The notes below the pieces were generated by a model. It was not told the origin of the DNA, searched no databases, and worked only from the letters and a program-made list of their open reading frames with translations. The position numbers were made by a program, and so were the translations under genes. A stretch of 64,000 nucleotides of DNA from an uncultured Thermoleophilia bacterium (lineage in GTDB: Bacteria; Actinomycetota; Thermoleophilia; Gaiellales; Gaiellaceae): the NCBI GenBank assembly GCA_963794375.1, contig CAWCDL010000010.1, positions 891,996-955,995 on the forward strand. Reading direction: 5' to 3'. This document shows positions 47,506 through 56,462 of the stretch, one piece after another. The first letter of the stretch is position 1, and the number at the start of each line of letters is the position of its first letter.

Positions 47506-50162
47506 TTCGCGTCGCGCTCGCCGGGATCCTCGGCCGCAAGCTGCGGACGGTGCTCACGGCGCTCGCCGTCGTACTCGGGGTCGCCATGGTCAGCGGCACC
47601 TTCGTGCTCACCGACTCGATCCAGAAGGCATTCAACTTCATCAACGGCGAGGTGCGCGCCGGGTCCGACGTCGTGGTCTCCGGCAAGTCCGCGTTCGACC
47701 TCTCGAACGGCGGGAACGGCTCGTTCGCGCCGACGATCCCGGCGTCGCTCCTTACACGGCTGAAGGCAATCCCCGACGTGGCGGCGGCGCAGGGCAGCGT
47801 CTCGAACACCAGCACCTCGCTCGTCCTCCACGGGAAGGCAATTGCCTTCGGCGGCGCTCCGAATCTCGGCTTCAGCGTCACCGGTGGATCACCCTTCAAC
47901 CCGCTCACGCTCGTCGGCGGCACATGGCCGCATGGAGACGAGGTCGTGATCGACTCGAACACGGCCTCGAAGAAGCACCTCCACATCGGCGACACGATCG
48001 GCGTGCAGACGCTCGGCCCCGTCGAGCAGTTCAGGATCTCGGGCACCGTCGAGCTCGGCTCGTCGAGCTCGATCGGCGGCGCGACGCTCGCCGGCTTCGA
48101 CCTGCAGACGGCCCAGCGGCTCTTCGAGAAGCCCGGCAAGTTCGACGAGATCGCCCTCGCCGGGAAGCCGGGGGTGACGCCGGAGCATCTCCTGAGCGAG
48201 GTGAAGCCGGTGCTACCACCGGAGGCGCAGGCGCGCACCGGCGCGCAGCAGGCGGCCAAGGATGCGTCGGACACCGACTCGTTCATCAGCTTCCTGCGTG
48301 ACTTCCTCGTCGCGTTCGGCGGTATTGCGCTCTTCGTCGGCAGCTTCGTGATCGCGAACTCGCTCTCGATCACGATCGCCCAGCGCACGCGCGAGCTGGC
48401 CACGCTTCGCACGCTTGGCGCCAGCCGGCGACAGGTGCTCAACCTGATCTTCGTCGAGGCGCTCGTGCTGGGCGTGCTCGCATCGGTGACGGGTCTCTTC
48501 GCCGGCCTCGGGCTCGCCGAGCTCCTCTTCAAGCTCTTCGACGCGGTCGGGTTCACGCTGCCGAACAGCGGGATCGTGTTCGCCACGCGCACGGTCGTGA
48601 TCGCGCTGCTCGCCGGCATCCTGGTGACGCTGATCGCGAGCCTGCGGCCGGCGTTCCGCGCGACGCGCGTCGAGCCGATTGCCGCGGTCCGCGAGGGAGC
48701 GACGCTGCCGCCGTCGCGGTTCGCCCGCTTCCGCTCGGCCGGCTCGGCCATCCTGACGATCCTGGGCTTCGCGGCCCTCCTGGTGGGGCTGTTCGTGCCG
48801 CATCTCGGCACGACCGCCGTCCTCTCGTACATGGGCATCGGAGCGCTCCTGATCTTCATCGGCGTCTCGCTCCTCTCGGTGCGGGCGGTCGGCCCGCTCG
48901 CCTGGGCCGTGGCGCCGCTCGCCCGCTGGCTTCTCACCGGCCTCTGGCTCGTGTTCCTCTTCCTGACGCCGATCGGGTGGCTCTACCAGCTCTACTACCG
49001 CATCCGCCACGGCGCGTTCCCGACGTACCTCGACCGTTCCTCGGCCGGGCCGCTCGCACGCGACAACGCACGGCGCAATCCCCAGCGGACGGCCTCGACC
49101 GCAGCGGCACTGATGATCGGGCTTGCGCTCGTCACGCTCGTCGCCGTGCTCGCGGCCGGGATCACCCAGAGCTTCCGCGGCTCCGTCGACAAGATCTGGC
49201 GGAACGCGGACTACGCGATCACGGCGCAGAACAACTTCTCGCCGATCCCGACCTCGGCGGCGGATGCGGCGGCGAAGAGCCCGGTCACCGAGGCCGTCGC
49301 GAACGTGCGCACCGGCGAGGCCCTCGCCTTCGGCTCGTCGTTCTTCGCCACTGCGGTCAACCCGGCCGGCGCCACGATGTTCAACCTCGACTGGCAGGCA
49401 GGCTCGAACGCGACGCTCGCCCAGCTCGGAGCCGACGGCGCGTTCACCGACAAGGACTACGCGAAGAAGCACGCCCTGCACCTCGGGTCGAAGGTGACGC
49501 TGACGTTCACGAGCGGCGCGCAGAAGACCTACGTGATCAAGGGCATCTTCGACCCGCCGACCGGCGGCTCGCCGTTCGGCAGCGTGACGATCTCGCAGGC
49601 GGCGTGGGACGCCGAGAACGAGAGCCCGCAGAACCTCTACTCGTTCGTGCGCGTGAAGGGCGGCGCGTCGTCGGGTGCGCTCACAGCGCTCGAGCAGACG
49701 CTGAAGCCGTACCCGAACGCCAAGGTCGCGACGCGCCAGCAGTTCATCGACAACCAGATCAGCGGCCTCAACTCGATCCTCAACGTCCTCTACGTCCTGC
49801 TCGCGCTGTCGGTGATCGTCAGCCTGTTCGGGATCGTGAACACGCTCGTGCTGACCGTGTTCGAACGCACCCGCGAGATCGGGATGCTGCGGGCGATCGG
49901 CATGTCGCGACCTCAGGTGCGGCGCATGATCCGGAACGAGTCGGTGATCACCGCGCTGATCGGCGGCGTGATCGGGATCGCCCTCGGCATCGTCCTCGGG
50001 GGCCTGCTCGTTGCGCGCGTCGACTTCATCGTCTTCAAGCTGCCGGTCGGCTCGTTGATCGTGTTCGCCGTCATGACGGTCGTGGTCGGGATCCTCGCCG
50101 CGATCTTCCCCGCCCGGCGCGCCTCGCGGCTGAACGTGCTTCAGGCGCTCCAGTACGAGTGA
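47502..50162 (+). CDS. ABC transporter permease with two FtsX domains (MacB-type)
   Basis: ATGA overlap. 886 aa. There are two FtsX-like 4-helix blocks (RTRELATLRTLGASRRQV and RTREIGMLRAIGMSRPQV), each preceded by a large extracytoplasmic domain. Confidence 0.9.
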   Translation: MIRVALAGILGRKLRTVLTALAVVLGVAMVSGTFVLTDSIQKAFNFINGEVRAGSDVVVSGKSAFDLSNGGNGSFAPTIPASLLTRLKAIPDVAAAQGSVSNTSTSLVLHGKAIAFGGAPNLGFSVTGGSPFNPLTLVGGTWPHGDEVVIDSNTASKKHLHIGDTIGVQTLGPVEQFRISGTVELGSSSSIGGATLAGFDLQTAQRLFEKPGKFDEIALAGKPGVTPEHLLSEVKPVLPPEAQARTGAQQAAKDASDTDSFISFLRDFLVAFGGIALFVGSFVIANSLSITIAQRTRELATLRTLGASRRQVLNLIFVEALVLGVLASVTGLFAGLGLAELLFKLFDAVGFTLPNSGIVFATRTVVIALLAGILVTLIASLRPAFRATRVEPIAAVREGATLPPSRFARFRSAGSAILTILGFAALLVGLFVPHLGTTAVLSYMGIGALLIFIGVSLLSVRAVGPLAWAVAPLARWLLTGLWLVFLFLTPIGWLYQLYYRIRHGAFPTYLDRSSAGPLARDNARRNPQRTASTAAALMIGLALVTLVAVLAAGITQSFRGSVDKIWRNADYAITAQNNFSPIPTSAADAAAKSPVTEAVANVRTGEALAFGSSFFATAVNPAGATMFNLDWQAGSNATLAQLGADGAFTDKDYAKKHALHLGSKVTLTFTSGAQKTYVIKGIFDPPTGGSPFGSVTISQAAWDAENESPQNLYSFVRVKGGASSGALTALEQTLKPYPNAKVATRQQFIDNQISGLNSILNVLYVLLALSVIVSLFGIVNTLVLTVFERTREIGMLRAIGMSRPQVRRMIRNESVITALIGGVIGIALGIVLGGLLVARVDFIVFKLPVGSLIVFAVMTVVVGILAAIFPARRASRLNVLQALQYE

Positions 50163-50671
50163 CGCTGCTCGAGCTGCTTGCGGCGTACGTGGCGGCCGAC
50201 GAGCGTGAGGAGGCTGACCGCATCGCGATGATGCGGCTCGCCGTCGAGCTCGAGCGGCCGCTCTCCCGCCTGGAGCCACGCGGCCACTTCACCGCCTCGG
50301 CATTCGTGATCGACGACGCGTGCGCGAGAGCGTGCCTCGTCGAGCACGTGAAGCTCGGCCGCCTGCTGCAGCCGGGCGGGCACGTCGAGCCGGAGGACGC
50401 GTCGCTCGAGGCGGCGGCGCTGCGCGAGGCGCGCGAGGAGACGGCGCTGGACGTCGAGCTGCATCCGGAAGCGCCCCGGCCGTTCGATCTCGACATCCAC
50501 CCGATCCCGGAGCGGCCCGGCGAGCCCGCGCACGTGCACCTCGACGTGAGGTTCTTGCTGATCGGGCGTGGGGAGCCGTGCGCCGGCGCCGCCTGGCACC
50601 CGCTCGGCACGGTCGGCGACGGCTCGGTAGACCGGCTCGCGGCAAAGGCCGCACGCTTCGCGGGACGCTGA
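50159..50671 (+). CDS. NUDIX hydrolase
   Basis: GTGA overlap. Nudix box GGHVEPEDASLEAAALREAREETAL. Confidence 0.8.
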   Translation: MTLLELLAAYVAADEREEADRIAMMRLAVELERPLSRLEPRGHFTASAFVIDDACARACLVEHVKLGRLLQPGGHVEPEDASLEAAALREAREETALDVELHPEAPRPFDLDIHPIPERPGEPAHVHLDVRFLLIGRGEPCAGAAWHPLGTVGDGSVDRLAAKAARFAGR

Positions 50672-50689
50672 GGGTCGCTCGTTCGAGGG

Positions 50690-51121
50690 ATGGCGCGCCT
50701 CTCCGGTTCGGCTGATCATGTGACGGTGTCGGGGACTCGCAGGAGAGCGCTCGGAGCGACTGTCGTCACGGCTGCGCTGCTCGTCCCGCTCGCCGTCTTC
50801 GGCTCGCCCGCGATCGCGCAGAGCCTCTCGGCGGCGCATCAGTACGGCTCCGCGTGCGGGCAGTACGGATCCTCAGGAGGCCAGTACGGGTCGGCCGGGA
50901 AGCAGTACGGCCCGTCGGGCAGGCAGTACGGCCGCCCGTCGCCGTCGTGCCGCCAGTACACCGTCCCTCCGTTCACGTGCCACCCGGCGACGCACTCGAA
51001 GACGTCGGCCTCCGAGCAGTACGGGAAGCACATGCGCTGGCCGTTCTGCGTCAAGCTGCACGGCAAGCGCCACCATGGCCATGGCCATGGCGAGCGCCAC
51101 GGCAAGCGCCACAGCCGCTGA
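50690..51121 (+). CDS. Secreted QYG-heptad-repeat, Cys- and His-rich small protein
   Basis: Tat/Sec-like signal peptide (TRRRALGATVVTAALLVPLAVFGSPAIA). Five QYGxxxx heptads plus two further QY motifs. Four Cys. The C-terminus is HGKRHHGHGHGERHGKRHSR. G/C-rich third positions. Confidence 0.6.
   Translation: MARLSGSADHVTVSGTRRRALGATVVTAALLVPLAVFGSPAIAQSLSAAHQYGSACGQYGSSGGQYGSAGKQYGPSGRQYGRPSPSCRQYTVPPFTCHPATHSKTSASEQYGKHMRWPFCVKLHGKRHHGHGHGERHGKRHSR
50840..50944 (+). repeat. Five tandem 21-nt units, each beginning CAGTACGG (coding for QYG heptads)
   Basis: CAGTACGG occurs at 50840, 50861, 50882, 50903 and 50924, an exact 21-nt period. Degenerate copies lie at 50954 and 51017. Confidence 0.85.
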
Positions 51122-51125
51122 TCGT

Positions 51126-52310
51126 CTAGATCAGGCCGAACTCGCGACCGACCGCGACGAACGCCTCGAGCGCGCGGTCGAGCTGCTCGTCGGTGAGCGC
51201 GGCCGACATCTGCACCCGGACGCGCGCGCTTCCCTCCGGCACGACCGGGTGGCCGAAGCCGGTCACGAACACGCCGCGCTCGAGAAGCCGCTCCGAGAAG
51301 CGGATCGCGACGGCGGTCTCGCCGAGCACGATCGGGATGATCGCCGCCTCGCCCGGGATCGGGTCGAACCCTGCCTCGACGAGCTGAGAGCGGAAGCGCG
51401 CCGTGTTGGCGTGCAGGCGCTCGACCAGGCGAGTATCCGTGCGCAGCAACTCGACCGCGCGGAGCGCGCTGCACGCAACAGTCGGCGGTAGCGCGTTCGA
51501 GAAGAGCTGCGGGCGCGAGCGCTGGGCAAGCAGCTCGCACACCTCGGCGCTCGCTGCGACGTAGCCGCCCGCTGCACCGCCGAGCGCCTTTCCGAGCGTG
51601 CCGGTGACGATGTCGATCTCGCCGAGAAGGTCGAAGTGCTCGGCGGTGCCGCGCCCGCCCTGCCCGAGCACGCCGACTCCGTGCGAGTCGTCGACGACGA
51701 GCGTGGCCTCGTGTGCGCTGGTGAGCTCGACGAGCTCCGGCAGCCGCGCGAGGTCGCCCTCCATCGAGAAGACGCCGTCGGTGACCACGAGCGCGCGCTG
51801 GCCCGGCTCGAGACTCTGAAGCTCTCGCTCGAGCGCCGCGACGTCGGAGTGGGGATAGATCGCCTTCCGGGCGGGCCGCGCGAGCCGGATCGCGTCGACG
51901 ATCGACGCGTGGTTCAGCTCGTCGGAGCAGATCACCGTCCGCTCGTCGGCGAGCGTTGGGACGAGCGCCTCGTTCGCGTTCCAGCACGAGACGTACGACA
52001 GCGCCGACTCGGTCGCCGACAGCTCGGCGAGCGCCCGCTCGAGCTCGTGGTGCGGCTCGAAGGTGCCGCAGATGAAGCGCACCGATGCCGTGCCGGCGCC
52101 GTAGCGCCGTAGTCCCTCGATGCCGGCCTCGACCACCCGCGGGTCGGCGGCGAGGCCGAGGTAGTTGTTCGACGAGAGGACGATCACCTCGCCGCGACCT
52201 TCCATCTCGACCACGGGCCCCTGCGGCGAGCGCAAGGTGTTGAAGCGCTTGAACGTGCCGGCGGCGCGCAGGCCGTCGAGCTCGGCGGCGATGTCCGTGC
52301 GAAGCGTCAC
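51126..52310 (-). CDS. kbl: Glycine C-acetyltransferase (2-amino-3-ketobutyrate CoA ligase)
   Basis: SNNYLGL, DELNHASIVD, VDDSHGVG, GTLGKALGG (PLP lysine). GTG 52310 overlaps the tdh stop (GTGA). Confidence 0.9.
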   Translation of the reverse strand: MTLRTDIAAELDGLRAAGTFKRFNTLRSPQGPVVEMEGRGEVIVLSSNNYLGLAADPRVVEAGIEGLRRYGAGTASVRFICGTFEPHHELERALAELSATESALSYVSCWNANEALVPTLADERTVICSDELNHASIVDAIRLARPARKAIYPHSDVAALERELQSLEPGQRALVVTDGVFSMEGDLARLPELVELTSAHEATLVVDDSHGVGVLGQGGRGTAEHFDLLGEIDIVTGTLGKALGGAAGGYVAASAEVCELLAQRSRPQLFSNALPPTVACSALRAVELLRTDTRLVERLHANTARFRSQLVEAGFDPIPGEAAIIPIVLGETAVAIRFSERLLERGVFVTGFGHPVVPEGSARVRVQMSAALTDEQLDRALEAFVAVGREFGLI

Positions 52311-53338
52311 GGCGTCAACACGATCTTGCCCGCCTCGCCGGCCGCGAGCGCGGCGAACGCCTGCTCGAACTCCGTCAGCGGCAGGCGGTGAGTGATCAGC
52401 GGCTGGAGGTCGACGACGCCGTGCTCGAGCAGCCAGCGCGTCCGGTACCACGTCGCGAACACCTCGCGGCCGTTGACGGCGGTGACCTGGACGTTCTTGA
52501 AGATCAGCGACTCGGCGACGTCGAGCTCGATCGGCCCGCTCGGGATGCCGAAGAGCACCACGCTGCCCCCGTTCCGGACGATGCGGAAGGCGTCGCGGAC
52601 GGCGGCCGCCGCACCCGACATCTCGAATACGACGTCGAGCCCCTCGTCCTCGTTGCGGTCTCGGAACCAGCCGGCGGAGTCGGCGACCACGTCGACGTCG
52701 ACCACCTCCGCGCCGAGCGAGCGGGCGAGCTCGAGCCGGTACGGGAGATGGTCGGAGGCGAGGACGCGTCCGGCGCCCGAGGCGCGCGCGATCGCGATCG
52801 CGAACAGCCCGACCGGCCCGCAGCCGAGCACGGCGACCGTGTGGCCCGGTAGGTCCTGCGTCGAGGTCGCGAAGACCGCGTTCCCGAACGGCTCCTGCAG
52901 CGCCGCGATCTCGGGCGAGAGCTTGGCGCGATCGTTCTGCCACACGACCGACTCGGGCACGACCACGAACTCGGCGAAGGCGCCGTCGCGGTCGACGCCG
53001 AGGATGCGGGTGTGCTCGCACATATGGGCGCGGCCGGTGCGGCAGTGGAAGCAGCTGCCGCAGGTGACGTGGCTCTCGGCCGAGACGAAGTCGCCCACGA
53101 CGGCGGTGCGCACGTCGGCGCCGGCCTCGACGACGGTGCCCGAGAACTCGTGCCCGAGCGTCAGCGGCGGCTGGATGCGGCCCTTCGCCCAGTCGTCCCA
53201 GTTGAAGATGTGGAGGTCGGTGCCGCAGACGCTCGCGGCCTCGACCCGGACGAGCACTTCACGCGGGCCGGGCGACGGGACAGGCACCTCGTCGAGGCGA
53301 AGCCCGGGCGCCCGCTCCGGCTTGCGGATGGCGAGCAT
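52307..53338 (-). CDS. tdh: L-threonine 3-dehydrogenase
   Basis: ASVCGTDLHIFNWD, GHEFSGTV, CGSCFHCRTGRAHMC, VLGCGPVGL. ATG 53338 (MLAIRK). Confidence 0.9.
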   Translation of the reverse strand: MLAIRKPERAPGLRLDEVPVPSPGPREVLVRVEAASVCGTDLHIFNWDDWAKGRIQPPLTLGHEFSGTVVEAGADVRTAVVGDFVSAESHVTCGSCFHCRTGRAHMCEHTRILGVDRDGAFAEFVVVPESVVWQNDRAKLSPEIAALQEPFGNAVFATSTQDLPGHTVAVLGCGPVGLFAIAIARASGAGRVLASDHLPYRLELARSLGAEVVDVDVVADSAGWFRDRNEDEGLDVVFEMSGAAAAVRDAFRIVRNGGSVVLFGIPSGPIELDVAESLIFKNVQVTAVNGREVFATWYRTRWLLEHGVVDLQPLITHRLPLTEFEQAFAALAAGEAGKIVLTP

Positions 53339-53431
53339 CGTTCGCACGCCGACAGCCTCGTCGACCTGCGGGGATCCGCCTTCCGGGGTTTCCCCGATGT
53401 CGACGGCGGCCGGCCCGCCGACCATTGAGAC

Positions 53432-54847
53432 GTGGTCCTCCCACCTCCGTACAAGATCAAGGTGGTCGAGCCGATCCGGCTCCCGGCGGCCCGGCGGCGG
53501 CGGCAGGCGATCGTCGAGGCGGGCTTCAACACGTTCTTGCTCCGGGCCGACGACGTGTTCGTCGACCTGCTCACCGACAGCGGCACCTCCGCGCTCTCGC
53601 AGGAGCAGCGCGCAGCGATGGAGCTCGGCGACGAGTCGTACGCGGGATCACGCAGCTTCTTCCGCCTCGAGGCGGCGATGCGCGAGGTGTACGGCTGGCG
53701 GCACCTCGTGCCGACGCACCAGGGCAGGGGCGCCGAGCACCTGCTCGCCCGTGCGCTCGTCCAGCCGGGGCAGCTCGTCCCGTCGAACCTCTACTTCACG
53801 ACGTCGCGCGCGCACGTCGAGCTGGCGGGCGGAATCTGGGTCGACGTGTCGATCCCCGAGGCGTCCGATCCCGAGTCGCGGCACCCGTTCAAGGGCAACA
53901 TCGATGTCGCACGACTCCGTGAGCTGATCGTTCGCGAGGGCCGTGAGCGCATCGCGTTCGTCCGCCAGGAGGCGTGCCTGAACATGGCCGGCGGCCAGCC
54001 GTTCTCGCTCGAGAACCTGCGGGCCGTGCGCGCGCTGACACGCGAGTTCGACCTGCCGCTCTTCCTGGATGCGACCAGGTCGTCGGAGAACGCGCTCTTC
54101 ATCCAGGAGCGCGAGCCCGCCCACGCCGGCCGGGCGCTGCCGGAGATCCTGCGCGAGATCGCCTCGCTCGCGGACGGCGCCGTCTTCTCGTCGAAGAAGG
54201 ACCACTTCGTCCCGATCGGCGGCTTTGCCGCCACGAGCCTCGACGACGTTGCGCGCCGGCTGCGCGAGCTCGTCGTCGTGTACGAGGGCTTCCCGCACTA
54301 CGGCGGGCTCGCCGGGCACGACATGGAGGCGCTGGCCCAGGGGATCCGCGAGGCCGCGGACGAGGAGACGATCCGAGCGTATGTGGGCCAGGCCCGGCAC
54401 CTCGGCGCACGCCTCGAGGAGCTCGGCGTGCCGATCGTCGTCCCGGTCGGTGCGCACGCCGTGTTCGTGGACGCGAAGCGCTTCCTGCCGCATCTGCCGC
54501 AGACCGAGTTCCCCGCGCAGGCGCTCGCCGCGGCGATCTACGTCGCCGGCGGGGTGCGAGCGATGGAGCGGGGGATCGTCTCGGGCCAGCACGGCCACGA
54601 GCCGTACGACGGGCTCGAGCTCGTGCGGCTCACGATCCCGCGGCGGGTCTACACACAGGAGCATCTCGACTACGTTGCAGACGTCGTCGCGCGCGTCTTC
54701 GTGGCCCGCGACGAGGTGCCGGGGCTCGAGATGGTCTACGAGCCCGAGGAGCTGCGGTTCTTCCAGGCGCGCTTCGAGCCGCTCGACCGCTTCCCCGGCT
54801 TCGAGCTCAGCGAAAGCCAGGACCGGGTGCCGGCTCGAGTGGGCTGA
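53432..54847 (+). CDS. Beta-eliminating lyase (tryptophanase / tyrosine phenol-lyase family)
   Basis: YKIKVVEPI, NTFLLRADDVFVDLLTDSGTSA, SSKKDHFVPIGGF (PLP lysine), LRFFQARFEP. GTG start. Confidence 0.85.
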   Translation: MVLPPPYKIKVVEPIRLPAARRRRQAIVEAGFNTFLLRADDVFVDLLTDSGTSALSQEQRAAMELGDESYAGSRSFFRLEAAMREVYGWRHLVPTHQGRGAEHLLARALVQPGQLVPSNLYFTTSRAHVELAGGIWVDVSIPEASDPESRHPFKGNIDVARLRELIVREGRERIAFVRQEACLNMAGGQPFSLENLRAVRALTREFDLPLFLDATRSSENALFIQEREPAHAGRALPEILREIASLADGAVFSSKKDHFVPIGGFAATSLDDVARRLRELVVVYEGFPHYGGLAGHDMEALAQGIREAADEETIRAYVGQARHLGARLEELGVPIVVPVGAHAVFVDAKRFLPHLPQTEFPAQALAAAIYVAGGVRAMERGIVSGQHGHEPYDGLELVRLTIPRRVYTQEHLDYVADVVARVFVARDEVPGLEMVYEPEELRFFQARFEPLDRFPGFELSESQDRVPARVG

Positions 54848-55781
54848 TCGGCAGCCCCGCCACCGGCTCGGCCGCGTTGTACCCCGCGGGTGCGACGTCG
54901 TTCGGCGCGTCGGGGTGGAAGAGGGATGCCAGCAGCTGGATCTGGCCGCGGCCCGGGCCGAGCTCGAACTGCCCGCCGCCGTAGATGCCGATGCCCTCGC
55001 GGGCGCACGTGTCGTAGAAGTCGAAGAGGCGCCGGACCGAGCCGAACCGCGACGGCTTGCTGTTGAGCATCCGCGGCTGGAACGGGAGCGCCTCGACGTC
55101 GCTCCACTCGTGGATCCCGGCGTCCCAGGTGATCCGATCGCGGTGCGGGGCGAGCACCGCCGAGGTCGCGGGCGTCAGCGCGGGGTCCTCGAGCCAGGCG
55201 TCGGGGAACGCGCGCGCGACGCGGTCGTAGAGCTCGGCGTCGGGCGGCGAGCCGAACGCGCCGCGGTAGAGGCCCTTGAAGTCGGCGGTCTCGACCCGGC
55301 CGAGGGTGGCGATCACCTCGTCCGTCCAGTCGCGGTCGGGATCGAGCTTGAAGTGGAGCTCCGGATAGAGCGCGAGCCAGCCCGGGACCTTCGCGGTGCG
55401 GGTCGAGACGACGAAGCGGAACGGCCGCGGCTCACGGCCGATCGCCTCTCCGAGCGAGAGGCCCCCCTGGCGGAGAGCGAGGTCGAGCGCTGCCGACTCG
55501 AACGCCCAGCGGCGGTAGGCGGTCTGCGCGGAAGAGAGGAGCGAGAACGACTCGAGCGTGTGCTCGCCATGGAGTGGCAGCTCGCCGCCGTGCTCCTGGA
55601 AGAGCGCCTGCTGCGCCGGGTCGTAGTCGATCTCCTCGCCCCGTCCCTCCTCGCCGCGCCCGTGCAGGACGACGACCGTGCGCCGCAGCGTGAAGTCGCG
55701 TGCCACCTCCCGCTCGAGTGGCTCGAGGAAGTAGCCGTCGACGTGTAGCGGCAGTGCCCGGATGCTGTCGTAGGTGCTCAT
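54807..55781 (-). CDS. Hypothetical protein (possibly an enolase-superfamily-like barrel)
   Basis: ATG 55781 overlaps the ArsR stop (ATGA). 324 aa. Motifs such as FKLDP, WLEDP and LNSKPSRFG are only weakly suggestive, so I assign no family. Confidence 0.6.
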   Translation of the reverse strand: MSTYDSIRALPLHVDGYFLEPLEREVARDFTLRRTVVVLHGRGEEGRGEEIDYDPAQQALFQEHGGELPLHGEHTLESFSLLSSAQTAYRRWAFESAALDLALRQGGLSLGEAIGREPRPFRFVVSTRTAKVPGWLALYPELHFKLDPDRDWTDEVIATLGRVETADFKGLYRGAFGSPPDAELYDRVARAFPDAWLEDPALTPATSAVLAPHRDRITWDAGIHEWSDVEALPFQPRMLNSKPSRFGSVRRLFDFYDTCAREGIGIYGGGQFELGPGRGQIQLLASLFHPDAPNDVAPAGYNAAEPVAGLPISPLEPAPGPGFR

Positions 55782-56065
55782 CGCGCTCGTCTCACCAGGT
55801 GGTTCTTCAACGCGTCGAGGCGATCGTCCCATTCCGAGCCTGCCGCCGTCAGCCGGTACCGCGTTTCGCGGCCCTGCCGCTCGGACTCGACGAGGCCGGC
55901 GCCGGCGAGCGTGTGCAGGTGCTTTGCCACCGCCTGCCGGGTCATCGGCAGCTCGCCGGTGAGCTCGGTCGCCGTGGCGGTGCCGCGATCGGCGAGGTAG
56001 CCGATGACGGCTCGTCGCGACGGATCGGCGAGCGCTCCGAACACCTGTCCGAGCGGATCAGACAC
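55778..56065 (-). CDS. ArsR/SmtB-family transcriptional regulator
   Basis: [45 protein letters not shown] is a winged HTH. 95 aa. Confidence 0.85.
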   Translation of the reverse strand: MSDPLGQVFGALADPSRRAVIGYLADRGTATATELTGELPMTRQAVAKHLHTLAGAGLVESERQGRETRYRLTAAGSEWDDRLDALKNHLVRRAR

Positions 56066-56396
56066 GCGTGAGCGCCGAGGCCTGCAGCTCGAGCGCCGTC
56101 GTCCACGCCGGGGACGACTCGACCACGGTCAGCCGGGTCCCGTCCGGGTCGTCCTCGAGGGTGAACGTCACCTCTCCCTCATCCTCCCACTCGAAGACGA
56201 GCCGCCGTTCCGGCTCCACCTCGGTGACGACGGCGTGGCGCTCCTCGCCGTTCGACCAGCGGAAGCGGGCGCCGCCGCCCGGCCGCAGGTCGAGGTCGAC
56301 GTCGTTCGCAAACCAGTCCTCGAGCCGCTCCGGCTCGGTGAGGGCCTCCCAGACCTCCTCGCGGGGCGACGGCAGGACGATCTCGCGCTCGATCAT
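56058..56396 (-). CDS. SRPBCC / AHSA1-like small protein
   Basis: [34 protein letters not shown] lies 5-6 nt upstream of ATG 56396. This is the usual partner of ArsR regulators. Confidence 0.8.
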   Translation of the reverse strand: MIEREIVLPSPREEVWEALTEPERLEDWFANDVDLDLRPGGGARFRWSNGEERHAVVTEVEPERRLVFEWEDEGEVTFTLEDDPDGTRLTVVESSPAWTTALELQASALTRV

Positions 56397-56398
56397 AT

Positions 56399-56440
56399 GC
56401 AACCTCCTGGTTGCGCTATTGTTAGCAACCGACAGGTTGC
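56399..56440. promoter_or_regulatory. Two 16-bp palindromes GCAACC-N4-GGTTGC (56399-56414 and 56425-56440), candidate ArsR operators in the divergent SRPBCC/clpP region
   Basis: GCAACCtcctGGTTGC and GCAACCgacaGGTTGC have centres 26 bp apart. The first overlaps the SRPBCC SD. Confidence 0.45.
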
Positions 56441-56462
56441 ACATTACCGGAGGAGGTGGGTC

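Noticed and set aside
50840-50944. Regularly spaced 21-nt direct repeats that might suggest a CRISPR-like or intergenic repeat array.
   Set aside because: The period is 21 nt with no spacers of CRISPR size. The repeats lie inside a G/C-third-position-biased ORF and encode QYG heptads. No cas genes are present.
51070-51092. The CCATGG CCATGG CCATGG triple repeat (three overlapping NcoI-like palindromes).
   Set aside because: It simply encodes the HGHGHG stretch of the His-rich tail. I found no evidence for a regulatory role.
51118-51134. A hairpin, CTGATC-gtcta-GATCAG, between the convergent QYG gene and kbl, considered as a possible bidirectional terminator.
   Set aside because: The stem is only 6 bp, is not GC-rich and has no U-tract. 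It spans both stop codons and is too weak to call.
56004-56462. An N-terminal extension of clpP (ORF 56004..57074).
   Set aside because: The extension is antisense to the SRPBCC and ArsR genes and has junk composition. A GGAGGAGG SD precedes GTG 56463, which gives a canonical ClpP N-terminus.
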